This document shows, in pieces, positions 46,997 to 56,956 of a stretch of 64,000 nt of DNA. Source of the DNA: Spirochaetia bacterium (GTDB lineage: Bacteria > Spirochaetota > Spirochaetia > CAKZLE01); the NCBI GenBank assembly GCA_963677595.1, contig OY782041.1, positions 4,096,001-4,160,000 on the forward strand, in the 5' to 3' direction. The position numbers and the translations under genes are program-made. Numbering within the stretch: position 1 is the stretch's first letter; the number at the start of each line of letters is the position of its first letter. The notes below the pieces were generated by a model. It did no database searches and was not told the DNA's origin. It saw nothing but the letters and a program-made list of their open reading frames with translations.

Positions 46997-48862
46997 CTAA
47001 ACGAATAGCTTTTCGCCCTCCAGGGCAGCCTCTTTCGCTTCACGGTCGGCAGGGATGCCTCCATCCCAGCCCCGAAGCGCGTAATATTCCTCTTTCATCT
47101 CATCCAGAAAACTGAGGCAGGTCCTCGTCTCCCCGGTCTTGACGAGTCCCTTCAGCCGGTCCCCGTCGTATATATCGACGGTGATGGGTTCGGTCAGGAA
47201 CCGCTCAGGGAGCCTGTCCTCCTCCGGGGAGATACCTTCCCGGAGATTGAATAACCGCTCCATTTCGATGATGCCGTCACCAAGTGTCATTATCCCCTTT
47301 GCATCCATGGGCTCCTTGAAGATATGGCTCCAGGCTTCAGCCAAGTCGGACGGCATGATGGCATAACTCTCCGGACAGGCGAACTTGCAGATCCCCAAAG
47401 AGTCTGAAAGGGCATTGACCTCTTCCGAGATGATCTGCACGGCCCCCTTATGGGTAGGCGTGTGGGTTTCCAATGCGTCCGGCAGCAGTTCCGGGGCAAT
47501 AACCTCCATTGCCGCTACATTGTTCGCCACGTCAAGGGTCGGCAGGGCGTACAGCCCGTCACCGCCCCAGCTGGAGACCGCATTGTTCAGCCCGAAGGTC
47601 TGCGACTGCCTCGGTTCCTGGGCTGAGAGCTCCACCCCTTTCACCTGCATGGCATACGGCAGGCATTCAGGGTGTGCTTCACAGAACTTTCTTGTCCCGT
47701 TCCGAAGCATACCCCCGAGTCCCTTGTCCTCGATCATCTCTTCCCAGAGCCTGTCGATATCTTCAGGGTTCCCCCACTGAACTCTATAGTCCCTGGGAAG
47801 GATCCCCCGCTGTGAGCATTCCATGGCAAAGGCTACGATCCCACCGAAGCCAGACGGGTCGACGCCGTCTTTCAGGCAGCGGTCATAGAGGTCAACCAGG
47901 TATGCCAGGTCTCCGTTGCCGATCCTCGCCCCCAGGGTCCAGATCGGTTCGAGTTCCAAGCCTTCGGTATCCACCCGCTCGGTCCGCGTCTTCCTGATAC
48001 AACCGATATCGCAGCTCTCACAGCTCTTCGTCCCCACCGTTATATCCTTGATCGCTTCCGCGTTGAAGTTCTCGATCATCTCGAAGGAGGGCTGCTGATA
48101 GTTCCTCGTCGGCCAGTCCCCACGCAGATTCTTACTGCTGATGAACAGGGCTTTCCCCACATCCCGCAGCCTCACCGATGTCTGGTGGGTAGCTACCTTT
48201 TCCCTGACGACTTCAGATAACGACAGCCATTCCTTTTCTTGAATCCATGAAGGAGTGTACTCGCCTGGTTCGGCTACGATCCCCTTGAGCCTCTTACTGC
48301 CCATTATGGTCCCGCAGCCACGCAAGGTCATCGAGTAACCATCCGCGATTGCCGCCGCAAGCCCCGTCATGGCTTCTCCTGCTCGCCCGATCGCAAGGCT
48401 TGAACTGCCTGTGTAGACTTCTGCCATCCGTGCGGCAAATACCTGCGTATCAGTTCCCTGATAGGCTTCCGCATTCTTGAACCGGACTTCCTTCCCTGCA
48501 AGGTGCAGATAGACTGGAGTCTCTGATCTCCCCTGGATGATCACCGCGGCATACCCGAGACTGTGCAATACGATACCAAACCGTCCCCACGCCAGGCTGC
48601 TCCGGATCCCCCCGGTCAGGGAGGATTTCTCCGTGACATGCCACTGTACCGCTGAGGGCCAGCCGCTGCCCGCTAGCAGCCCTGTGGTGATGATCATCGG
48701 TGATGATCCTGCAAGGGGATCCTCGCCTGCGGTGGTATATTCATACAGCAGCCGGGCCCCGAGACCGCGACCGCCGAGATACTGCTTCAGTACTTTCTCC
48801 TCAAGTGTCCTCGTCCTGAAAGTTTGTGTGTGCAGGTCTATTTCCAGGCAACGGTTATTCAA
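46997..48862 (-). CDS. Aldehyde:ferredoxin oxidoreductase family (second paralog)
   Basis: YLGGRGLG, IG.AGE, MGSKRLK, CESCDIGC, DSLGICKF, YYALRGWD; TTG start at 48862 overlapping the upstream stop, RBS GGGAGG. Confidence 0.88.
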   Translation of the reverse strand: MNNRCLEIDLHTQTFRTRTLEEKVLKQYLGGRGLGARLLYEYTTAGEDPLAGSSPMIITTGLLAGSGWPSAVQWHVTEKSSLTGGIRSSLAWGRFGIVLHSLGYAAVIIQGRSETPVYLHLAGKEVRFKNAEAYQGTDTQVFAARMAEVYTGSSSLAIGRAGEAMTGLAAAIADGYSMTLRGCGTIMGSKRLKGIVAEPGEYTPSWIQEKEWLSLSEVVREKVATHQTSVRLRDVGKALFISSKNLRGDWPTRNYQQPSFEMIENFNAEAIKDITVGTKSCESCDIGCIRKTRTERVDTEGLELEPIWTLGARIGNGDLAYLVDLYDRCLKDGVDPSGFGGIVAFAMECSQRGILPRDYRVQWGNPEDIDRLWEEMIEDKGLGGMLRNGTRKFCEAHPECLPYAMQVKGVELSAQEPRQSQTFGLNNAVSSWGGDGLYALPTLDVANNVAAMEVIAPELLPDALETHTPTHKGAVQIISEEVNALSDSLGICKFACPESYAIMPSDLAEAWSHIFKEPMDAKGIMTLGDGIIEMERLFNLREGISPEEDRLPERFLTEPITVDIYDGDRLKGLVKTGETRTCLSFLDEMKEEYYALRGWDGGIPADREAKEAALEGEKLFV

Positions 48863-49496
48863 GGGAGCTCCCTCCCTGGGACCGTCCATGCTCAAGGAGT
48901 ATAGCTGCCTTTCCCAGGCACCTGCCGATGTCCTGCATGCTGGTGATGCCGACCTCGTCCTCCCGGGCACCTTTCAGTCCCCGGTTCTGGGTCCACATCT
49001 TACCGCCGGTGTAGTTGAAGTTCGCGCTCGACCCGCCGACCACGAAGATATTCCTCGCCAGGCACAGGTTGATCATGCAGTTGATCGTCAACTCCTGGCC
49101 TCCTGCCCTGCTGCCGCCGACGGCCAGGGCAGATGCAGGCTTACCGAACAATCCGGGCACCTTCTCTCGCATGGCCCGCATCTTATTGAACAGGAGCAGC
49201 ATCGAAGGGGTCGGGTTATAGGAATAGACCGGGGATGCCAGAATGTAGCCATCCGCATCGAAGAACTTCGTCAGCATCGCTGCGGTATCGTCTTCATGAA
49301 TACACTTCCCGGGGTTCCTGAGACAGTAGTTGCACCCGTTGCAGGGCTTGATGTCATAGTCCCTCAGTTTCATCACATCGGTCACGATATCTTCATGGAC
49401 CTCCGCTGCAGCTTCTAGGGACAGGCCTAGCGCATAGTCAGTGACCCCCTTGGTATAGCTTGAGGAGATCCCTAGGATCTTGATCTTCTTACTCAT
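48855..49496 (-). CDS. Iron-sulfur flavoprotein / flavodoxin-like FMN reductase
   Basis: CNGCNYC...C, ASPVY, GGSRAGGQE. Confidence 0.88.
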   Translation of the reverse strand: MSKKIKILGISSSYTKGVTDYALGLSLEAAAEVHEDIVTDVMKLRDYDIKPCNGCNYCLRNPGKCIHEDDTAAMLTKFFDADGYILASPVYSYNPTPSMLLLFNKMRAMREKVPGLFGKPASALAVGGSRAGGQELTINCMINLCLARNIFVVGGSSANFNYTGGKMWTQNRGLKGAREDEVGITSMQDIGRCLGKAAILLEHGRSQGGSSLE

Positions 49497-49540
49497 TGTG
49501 CACCTCGCATTTATCTTGGAGATTGTTCTCAGGATTCGAA

Positions 49541-50131
49541 TCAGGTAGAGAACCCGTCTCTCAGGATCTCTTCGGCTTCATCGAGCCAGGACTCCCTCTG
49601 GGCCTGGCTGCTCATGAACACCCGGCAGAAATCTTTCTTTATGACCTTCCGGGCACCACAGTTCCCGAACACCACGGTATCCCAGAACCGACCGATGGGA
49701 TCTCCCAGCTCCGCCAATTCCTCCTCGGGACAGTCAGAGGTATTGAATACTGTAACCAATCTGGTACGCAGCAGTGGGACGAATCTCCCGTCCTCACCCC
49801 GTTTCCCGATGAACTTGAAGGCAACACCGGCACGTATGATACGGTCTACCCACCCTTTCAGCACAGCTGGAGGCTGGTGCCTCCAGTTGGGATGCACGAT
49901 GACGACGCCATCTGCGCGTTTGAGCTCATCGCAATGTTCCTTCATCTGTCCGACCGGTACATAGCTGTCTTCCAACTCCTCCATTGAGAGGAGCGGGTCG
50001 AAGCCCTCAGCATACAGGTCATGATAGAAGACTTCGTGACCCAAGCTCTCAAGTACGGATACTGCCCGCCCGGCTATCCCATGGTTCAGGCTCCCCTGTT
50101 TGGGATGCCCGACCAATACCATAATATTCAC
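49541..50131 (-). CDS. NAD(P)H dehydrogenase (quinone), flavodoxin-2 fold
   Basis: GHP...SLN, DLYAEGFDP, HPNW..PPAVLKGWVDR. Confidence 0.88.
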   Translation of the reverse strand: MNIMVLVGHPKQGSLNHGIAGRAVSVLESLGHEVFYHDLYAEGFDPLLSMEELEDSYVPVGQMKEHCDELKRADGVVIVHPNWRHQPPAVLKGWVDRIIRAGVAFKFIGKRGEDGRFVPLLRTRLVTVFNTSDCPEEELAELGDPIGRFWDTVVFGNCGARKVIKKDFCRVFMSSQAQRESWLDEAEEILRDGFST

Positions 50132-50204
50132 AACACGTTCCTTATAGCTTTCCAGGTGCCAAGTGATCAAAACACATCCTGTACGCAATCAGCCCTGAAG
50201 TATG

Positions 50205-50237
50205 AACAGCGGAAACTGCCAAGGCGTTTCCGCTGTT
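50205..50237 (-). terminator. Stem-loop after the sugar ABC operon
   Basis: AACAGCGGAAAC-N9-GTTTCCGCTGTT. Confidence 0.65.
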
Positions 50238-50391
50238 AGTATGTTCATGAACCGTTACTCAGCCAGTACCTTCTGCCTGGGAGACAGTCAGGTTGACACC
50301 CCTAAGCGGTCAGCACTTCCTACAGATACCGGTGATAACGGCAGTCAAGGTCTGTTCCTTCATCGATCGTTCTCTCAATACCTGCAATGGA

Positions 50392-51294
50392 TCAGGATTT
50401 GATCGCCCCGGCCATCACACCGTTCACGAATGCCTTCTGGGCCGTGAGAAACACAATCAGCGGCGGCAGCATCAGCAGTACCGCACCGGCAGCCTGTACC
50501 GTGATATACTCGCCATACCCGCCGGCAGAGTTTGCCAGGACAGCAGTCAGCGGCCTGATTGAAGAATCAGGGATGATGATCAAGGCTCGCAGGAGATCAT
50601 TCCAGACCCACAGGAAATCGAAGATAGCAAGGGATGCGATTGCAGGTCCTGAAAGCGGCAGTACGATGTTGAAGAGCATATGCCTCGTCTTGGCTCCGTC
50701 TATTTTGGCAGCATTCAGCAGCTCCCTGGGGATCTGTATCATGAAACTGCCCAGGAGGAAGACTCCGAACGGGACTGTCGATGCGATATAACTCATCCAT
50801 ACACCGGGATAGGTATTGACCAGATGGGTCATCTTCAGGATTACCAGCGTCGGGTACAGGGTAATCTCTGGCGGTATGATGATAAGGCCTGTAACGAAGG
50901 CGAACAGCATCAGGCGGCCAGGGAAATCTGTCAGGGTGAACACATATGCAGCTGATGCACAGACCAGTACAACCCCCAAGGTCGTTGGGAAGGTGATCAG
51001 CACACTGTTGATCAGTCCCGTTGAGAGGTTCTGCATCCCCAGCATGGCCTTATAGTTCGACAGGTCGAATTTCGGGTTTATGAACACAGTCCACCATCCG
51101 GATCCTGTCGCATCGGTGAACGGCCTGAACGAGTTTATCACTAGCCCGATGAGGGGGATGAGCCATACCAGCACGACGAAGAGGACTACGATCCTGATGA
51201 TAAGCACAGACGGCTTCAGTGCCGGTCTCTTCACGGGATACACCTGCGCGGTCCCCGCGGTCATATTACTATTTTGGAGAGTTCTCTGATTCAT
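50392..51294 (-). CDS. Carbohydrate ABC permease (MalG-like)
   Basis: IPRELLNAAKIDGA EAA loop, FLWVWNDLL. Confidence 0.93.
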   Translation of the reverse strand: MNQRTLQNSNMTAGTAQVYPVKRPALKPSVLIIRIVVLFVVLVWLIPLIGLVINSFRPFTDATGSGWWTVFINPKFDLSNYKAMLGMQNLSTGLINSVLITFPTTLGVVLVCASAAYVFTLTDFPGRLMLFAFVTGLIIIPPEITLYPTLVILKMTHLVNTYPGVWMSYIASTVPFGVFLLGSFMIQIPRELLNAAKIDGAKTRHMLFNIVLPLSGPAIASLAIFDFLWVWNDLLRALIIIPDSSIRPLTAVLANSAGGYGEYITVQAAGAVLLMLPPLIVFLTAQKAFVNGVMAGAIKS

Positions 51295-52232
51295 TTTTCC
51301 TCCCCTATCTTTCTGGTTATACTGAACACGGTAACGATGATCAGACTCATGATAGTCACGATCGCTGCTCCGTATTGCGGTTTCATGAAACGGAACGTCT
51401 GCTCGAAAAACAGGAGCGCCATCGTCCGGCTCATGCCGGCAGGACCGCCCTCGGTCGTCACATAGACTACATCGAACACCTTCAATACTTGGACGAGCTG
51501 GGTCACGAGCAAGAATGATATCGGCTGCCTGATCGAAGGCACCGTTATATGCCAGAACCGCTGCCAGCTGGTAGTCCCGTCCACTTTTCCTGCATCAAGC
51601 AGGTCCTGGCTCACACCCTTCAGGGCTGCCGAGAGGATGATCACGGACATACCGCACTGGCTCCAGACCCACGCAGCGATCTGTGAGGGTATGACCAGTT
51701 CGGGGTCTCCCAGCCATGAGTAGGATCCATGCAGCACCGCATTGAGGAACCCGATCTTCGGGCTCGGTGCATACATGAACATCCAGATGATCCCGATGAC
51801 CGTTCCGGAGATGACCATGGGCAGGAAGAAGGTACTCCTGACCAGGGCCTGAAGCCTCCTGTTCCGTTTGTCTACGAACGACAGGTTCACATTATCTGCA
51901 ACGAGGGCAACGATCATCCCTATGATGATAACCGCCGGCACAGCCACGATTATCCACTTCAGACTGACAACAAGGGCACCGGTCGGGAATGATGCCGGGA
52001 AATCCTCAAGATTCAGGAATTTATTGTCAGAAAATAATTTGACGAAGTTCTCAAACCCGACATACCCTTTCAGCTTAAAACCTGTTGGTTCAGCGACACT
52101 CAACCTCAATGTATAGAGGACAGGTACCAGCTGAAAGGCTAACACTAAGATCAATGCCGGGGCGGCAAGAAGCAGCCCCGACAGGTTTGAACTACGTCTT
52201 TGTTTTCTTTTAAACAAGTAACGTAATTTCAC
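51291..52232 (-). CDS. Carbohydrate ABC permease (MalF-like)
   Basis: VGFENF, FFLPMVIS, LLDAGKVDG, LKVFD.V...T.GGP. Confidence 0.93.
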   Translation of the reverse strand: MKLRYLFKRKQRRSSNLSGLLLAAPALILVLAFQLVPVLYTLRLSVAEPTGFKLKGYVGFENFVKLFSDNKFLNLEDFPASFPTGALVVSLKWIIVAVPAVIIIGMIVALVADNVNLSFVDKRNRRLQALVRSTFFLPMVISGTVIGIIWMFMYAPSPKIGFLNAVLHGSYSWLGDPELVIPSQIAAWVWSQCGMSVIILSAALKGVSQDLLDAGKVDGTTSWQRFWHITVPSIRQPISFLLVTQLVQVLKVFDVVYVTTEGGPAGMSRTMALLFFEQTFRFMKPQYGAAIVTIMSLIIVTVFSITRKIGEEK

Positions 52233-52235
52233 TAT

Positions 52236-53510
52236 CTACATATCTCCATAGTTCTTCTGGAATTCAGCAAGAGAAGCTTCGATACCAGCAGGATTAAGGA
52301 TCGCTGACTGGATCACTTCCATCAGAGCCCCTCTCTTCTCGTTTGCAAGCATAGCCCCGTTTGAAGGTGCGATCTGTGCTGTAGGTGATGAAAGGTACTC
52401 AGCTGATCGTGCGGTAAGACCTGTGTAGAGTGAAGGGCTTACATTGTAGTTAGCTACAGTATACCCTGATGGTGCGAATAATGCCTGACCTTCAGCGCTG
52501 ATCAGGTATTCCATCAGCTGGGTTGCCTCAGAACTGTCTGAGAACTGTACTGCGACATCCGCTGCAGCGATGACAGCACCCTTTCCTGCGTCTGATCCTG
52601 GAGGGAATACGATGAAGTCGATAGTCTCGCCTTCAACGAGATTCTCATTGATAGCACTCTTAGCAATACCTGCTACCCAGCCGCCGCCGATAACGAACTT
52701 TGCATCTGCATCGGTACCGAAGACTCGGGAGATACCGCCTACAAGATCTGTACCCATAGCGCCTTCTCCGCCGCCTGCAACATAGGACCCACCGTAGTAA
52801 TCAGCGATCTTCTCGAATGCTGCCACGACCTTCGGGTCAGTCCAGGGAGTCTGATTCGTCATGAGCTTAACCCACTCGTCAACTCCGTAAGAACCGAGGA
52901 ACATATCCTCAATGAGACCGGTAAGGGTCCAGGATGTCTTCGCGATACTTGCAACAGGTTTCTCCCCTGCAGCTACCAGTTTATCAGCATAATCGGTGAA
53001 GTCATCATACATCCAGGTACTTGGGTCCCCGTCGATCTTAGAGGGATCGAACCAGAACAGGTTCGAGACACTTGCACGTGTCGGGATAGCCATGATCTCA
53101 CCATCGAAGGTGAACTGGTCTAACCAGCCCTGGCTGAAACTGGACTCGATCTCGCTCTTCATACTGTTCAAGCTGACAATAGCATCCTGAGCTACGAGTT
53201 CCTTGAGTCCATTAGCAACCGGAAGGATCGCCAGGTCAGGAGTCTCATCGGCTGCAAGCCTGGGTCCAAGGACCTTGATCACATCCTCAGCCGCCTCGTA
53301 TCGAACTTCGATACCGGTCTTCTCTGTGAATCCATCAAGCACTACCTGGAACGCTTCCTGTTCAGAAGCACTCCACGGCCCCATGATATCCAACACGACA
53401 GGTTCTGAACTTGCTTCCTTCTGACCGGCTGCAAAAACCATTGAACCAGACAATACCAACATGAAAACTGCAAACAACACACTGCATACATTCTTTCTCA
53501 GCACTTTCAT
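52236..53510 (-). CDS. Carbohydrate ABC solute-binding protein (alpha-glucoside/AglE-like)
   Basis: Signal ...VFAAGQKE, GPWS..EQ.AF...L..F..KTGI.V.YE, PDLAILP. Confidence 0.88.
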   Translation of the reverse strand: MKVLRKNVCSVLFAVFMLVLSGSMVFAAGQKEASSEPVVLDIMGPWSASEQEAFQVVLDGFTEKTGIEVRYEAAEDVIKVLGPRLAADETPDLAILPVANGLKELVAQDAIVSLNSMKSEIESSFSQGWLDQFTFDGEIMAIPTRASVSNLFWFDPSKIDGDPSTWMYDDFTDYADKLVAAGEKPVASIAKTSWTLTGLIEDMFLGSYGVDEWVKLMTNQTPWTDPKVVAAFEKIADYYGGSYVAGGGEGAMGTDLVGGISRVFGTDADAKFVIGGGWVAGIAKSAINENLVEGETIDFIVFPPGSDAGKGAVIAAADVAVQFSDSSEATQLMEYLISAEGQALFAPSGYTVANYNVSPSLYTGLTARSAEYLSSPTAQIAPSNGAMLANEKRGALMEVIQSAILNPAGIEASLAEFQKNYGDM

Positions 53511-53626
53511 CTCTAGCCTCCCATTCTTATTGCGCAAGGTCTTGCCGTACTCGGCGAATCCCCTGCTTTGATTAACATGTATTTAACAACCTGTATCTCG
53601 AATGTGCACCTACTCGATACGGGTAA

Positions 53627-54646
53627 TTAACAGATTTTTGTAGAGTCCCTCACGACCAGCTTCGTTTCCAAAACCGTATGGAACGGGCCGGAAGCAGGGT
53701 CATCTATCAATTGGAGCAGCTGCGTGACGGCAGCTTCCGCGATCTCTTCTATAGGCTGATGGATCGTCGTCAACTGTGGGACGACCATCGTCGCATAGTA
53801 GATGTCATCGAAGCCTATGATCGAGACATCCTCGGGGACCCGCTTCCCTGACTGCCACACAGCACTGATCGCACCCATGGCAGTCTCATCAGTCTGGCAG
53901 AATATAGCCGTCATGTCCTTATTCACTGCCAGGAGATGCTTTGCTCCTTCATAGCCTCCATTGAACGATGCTCCACCAGTTTGCCCGCAAAGGTAAATCA
54001 GGTCCTCCTGGTTAGTCATCCCATTGGCAGACATAACATCCTCATAAGCCTTGAATCGCCTTATCGAATAATTGTAATCAGACTGCAGCAGGATGCATCC
54101 TACAGATGTATGTCCAAGAGTTGTGAGATACTTGACGGCATTCTCAGTACTCTTATAGTCATCAATCGCTACATATGAGATCTCAGGCTCCAGTTCTACC
54201 TGTCCTGGGTGGATGATCATGAACGGTATGTTGTTCTCCTTCAGGTAGGAGATCAGTTCTTCATTGATACCGGCTATGGTATCAAGGAGCAGACCTTCAA
54301 TCTGCTTCCCGCCGTATGCAGCCTTGACCAGGTCGATGACATGTTCATCAAGCTTGAACAGGCTCAAACGGTAATTGATCGACTGGCAGGTCGCCAGCAG
54401 GGCTTCCATCAGCGTTGCATAGAAGGCTGTCTGTATTCCCCAACCCATGACAATACCGATCGAAAGGGCCCGGCCCCTGGAGAAGATGGTCGCTACCTGA
54501 TTCGGGACGAAGTTAAGCTCATCAATGACTTTCTGTACTTTTGTCTTCGTTGTCGTGGAGACATTCACTTCCCCATTGACGACACGTGAAACGGTCTTAA
54601 GTGATACTCCAGCCCTGCTGGCAACATCCCGCATAGTAACAGCCAA
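53627..54646 (-). CDS. LacI-family transcriptional regulator
   Basis: TMRDVA.RAGVSLKTVSRVVN, VPEDVSIIGFDD, LTTIHQP. Confidence 0.95.
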   Translation of the reverse strand: MAVTMRDVASRAGVSLKTVSRVVNGEVNVSTTTKTKVQKVIDELNFVPNQVATIFSRGRALSIGIVMGWGIQTAFYATLMEALLATCQSINYRLSLFKLDEHVIDLVKAAYGGKQIEGLLLDTIAGINEELISYLKENNIPFMIIHPGQVELEPEISYVAIDDYKSTENAVKYLTTLGHTSVGCILLQSDYNYSIRRFKAYEDVMSANGMTNQEDLIYLCGQTGGASFNGGYEGAKHLLAVNKDMTAIFCQTDETAMGAISAVWQSGKRVPEDVSIIGFDDIYYATMVVPQLTTIHQPIEEIAEAAVTQLLQLIDDPASGPFHTVLETKLVVRDSTKIC

Positions 54647-54666
54647 AACGCATCCTCCTCTCTGAC

Positions 54667-54726
54667 TGACACCGGTGTCAATCAGTCTGTAATCAGATGG
54701 TAAGTCATATTGACACCGGTGTCAAT
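54667..54726. promoter_or_regulatory. Two perfect LacI-type operators upstream of lacI
   Basis: TGACACCGGTGTCA (54667-54680) and ATTGACACCGGTGTCAAT (54709-54726). Confidence 0.8.
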
Positions 54727-54974
54727 GTTTTTTTTAATAACCCGATGAAATATATTATATTTCCCACATATATGTAGTTTTTATACGTTTCCCAGATAGT
54801 TATATTCTGCGTAAAAATGTGCTTAACTTCTTTTCAACACATAATTTATAAATACTTTCAAGAATCAAGCTGAAATGGAAGAAAAATCACTAAAAATATT
54901 ATCGCACCATAGCAGAACCTACTTAAATGTAGCTTTTGCATGAGAGTAATCAGGCAAATCGCGATACTCGGCAT

Positions 54975-56345
54975 CTAGGTTTTCGAGATTCCCATCTGCA
55001 TTCGATGCAATTCTTCAATTTTCCGGTAGTTCCTCAGCAGTGCGATCGTTGTGATCACGATCGCCAACCCATCCGCTGCAGGGACTGCAGCCCAGACACC
55101 GGTCAGGCCGAACTGGTAAGGCAGTACGGTCAGCAGCGGTACCAGACAGATGAACTGGCGAAGCATACTCAAGATGAGGGCCTTCTTGCCCTGGTCAGTG
55201 GCCTGGAAGAATGTGATCCCCAGGATGTTCAGACCCAGCAGGGGAAGCATGATGACATAGATCCTCAAGCCTCGTACTGCAACTCCCATGGTAGGTGATG
55301 ATGGGTTGATGAACATGCCCATGAAGAACTGCGGGAAGATCTGAAGGGCGAGGAAGATGAGCGTGGAGAAGCCTACAGCCCATAGGATCCCGAGCTTCAG
55401 GGTCCTGTTCACGCGGTCGTGCTTATCTGCCCCGAAGTTATACCCGATGATAGGCTGCATCCCCTGCTGCAGCCCCATCAGGGGAAGGAAGAAGAGGGTG
55501 AACAGGCCATTGATCGCCCCCATCGAGGTAATGGCTTCTGTCCCGCCGTAGATTGAGAGTCTCTGGTTCAGGAAGCCGAGGGCTATGCTGTTCCCCATGG
55601 TCCCGATGAAGGTCGCCATCCCGGTGATCATGATCTGCTTCACGATCACGGCATGGATGATGAAGTCGGAGATCGTGAGTTCGAGATGGCTCTTTCCCCG
55701 AAGATAGAAGGGTATCAGTATGAAGAATCCGGACATCTGGCCGATCGCCGTAGCTGCTGCCGCACCCATGACTCCCCATCCGAACACGATGATGAACAGC
55801 GCATCGAGAACAATGTTCACAACTGCAGAAGCCAGCATCGCCACCATCGGCAGGTGGGCGTTTCCCTCAGTCCGTATGGTATGGTTGAAGATGAAGGCGA
55901 TCATATTAAAGATGAACCCGCCAAGGATGATCTTCATGTAGATATTCGCCTGGCTCAGGATACTCTCATCGGCACCGAAGAGCTGCAGGATGTTGTCCAG
56001 CTGCCAGAAGAGTACGGCGACCAGAGCGATCACGATGATGATCCCGATGCTGATACCGTTGGCAAAATAGCGTCCGGCCTTCTTCACATCCTTCCTGCCG
56101 AACTGGATGGCCATGCAGGCAGACACACCGCCTGCGAGCAGCCCGCCGAGGGCGAAGAGGATCATCATCACGGGGAACGCTACCGTCAGGGCAGCAAGTG
56201 CGCCCTCCCCTACGAACCTCCCGATGAAGATCCTGTCCACCACGTTGTAGACTGCGTTCACCACCATGGCGAAGATCGAAGGGAATGAGAATGCCCAAAG
56301 GAGCTTACCGACCGGCTTCGTCCCCAGTTCTTCCTGTCTTTTCAT
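54975..56345 (-). CDS. MATE-family efflux transporter (MepA-like)
   Basis: YNVVDRIFIG, RTEGN, NIVLD.LFI, GAAAATAIGQ, QPIIGYNFGA. Confidence 0.93.
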   Translation of the reverse strand: MKRQEELGTKPVGKLLWAFSFPSIFAMVVNAVYNVVDRIFIGRFVGEGALAALTVAFPVMMILFALGGLLAGGVSACMAIQFGRKDVKKAGRYFANGISIGIIIVIALVAVLFWQLDNILQLFGADESILSQANIYMKIILGGFIFNMIAFIFNHTIRTEGNAHLPMVAMLASAVVNIVLDALFIIVFGWGVMGAAAATAIGQMSGFFILIPFYLRGKSHLELTISDFIIHAVIVKQIMITGMATFIGTMGNSIALGFLNQRLSIYGGTEAITSMGAINGLFTLFFLPLMGLQQGMQPIIGYNFGADKHDRVNRTLKLGILWAVGFSTLIFLALQIFPQFFMGMFINPSSPTMGVAVRGLRIYVIMLPLLGLNILGITFFQATDQGKKALILSMLRQFICLVPLLTVLPYQFGLTGVWAAVPAADGLAIVITTIALLRNYRKIEELHRMQMGISKT

Positions 56346-56496
56346 AATTAACACCTATCTCTTTATCTTATGAGGATTTCTAACTAGCTAAAGAAGCGGT
56401 GTGTCTGTAGGGTTCTTTTTTAACATTCAGCGGATCTCCCGTCTTGGAGGGAGAACGATCTGTCTCTGTTTGTAGATCACGTACAGATACAATCTG

Positions 56497-56527
56497 CTGT
56501 CCCTGCAGAATTTCACGGCAGGAACAG
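56497..56527 (-). terminator. Stem-loop after second folB cassette copy
   Basis: CTGTCCCTGC...GCAGGAACAG, a degenerate copy of the 57636-57667 hairpin. Confidence 0.5.
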
Positions 56528-56568
56528 TCATATATGTATCAGATTATGGAAGTTTAGCCAAGGCTAGA

Positions 56569-56582
56569 GTTGTATATACAAC
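56569..56582. promoter_or_regulatory. Putative GntR/HutC operator upstream of MATE
   Basis: Perfect palindrome GTTGTATATACAAC, same core as 15164-15175. Confidence 0.55.
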
Positions 56583-56587
56583 ATAAT

Positions 56588-56956
56588 TTATGCAGTCAGG
56601 GTGAACCCGACATACTCAACATTCGAACCTGGGATGGCAGGATACGGCTCCTTCACGGTGACGGTGACCTGCTCGATGGGGGTGCCAGAAGCACCCCTGA
56701 CCTCATCAGCGATACGCTGGGCGACCCTCTGGATGGTCTTGTAATGCTCTTGGGTGATCACCTGCTGCGTGATCTGAAAGAGGTCCGTATAGGTAAGGCC
56801 GCTGGAGAGCTGGTCTTCGGCGAACTGGTTGGACATATCGAGGACCACCTCGATATCGATGATGAACTTGGTCCCCATGACGTTCTGCTCATGGGTGAGC
56901 CCGTGGTTCCCCCAAAAGATCATGCCGTTAGATTTCAATATATCCAGGTCTCTCAT
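56588..56956 (-). CDS. FolB T-fold homolog, type B, copy 2
   Basis: FWGNHG, KF.ID, LTY, TIQRVA, VKEPYPAIPG. Confidence 0.8.
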   Translation of the reverse strand: MRDLDILKSNGMIFWGNHGLTHEQNVMGTKFIIDIEVVLDMSNQFAEDQLSSGLTYTDLFQITQQVITQEHYKTIQRVAQRIADEVRGASGTPIEQVTVTVKEPYPAIPGSNVEYVGFTLTA

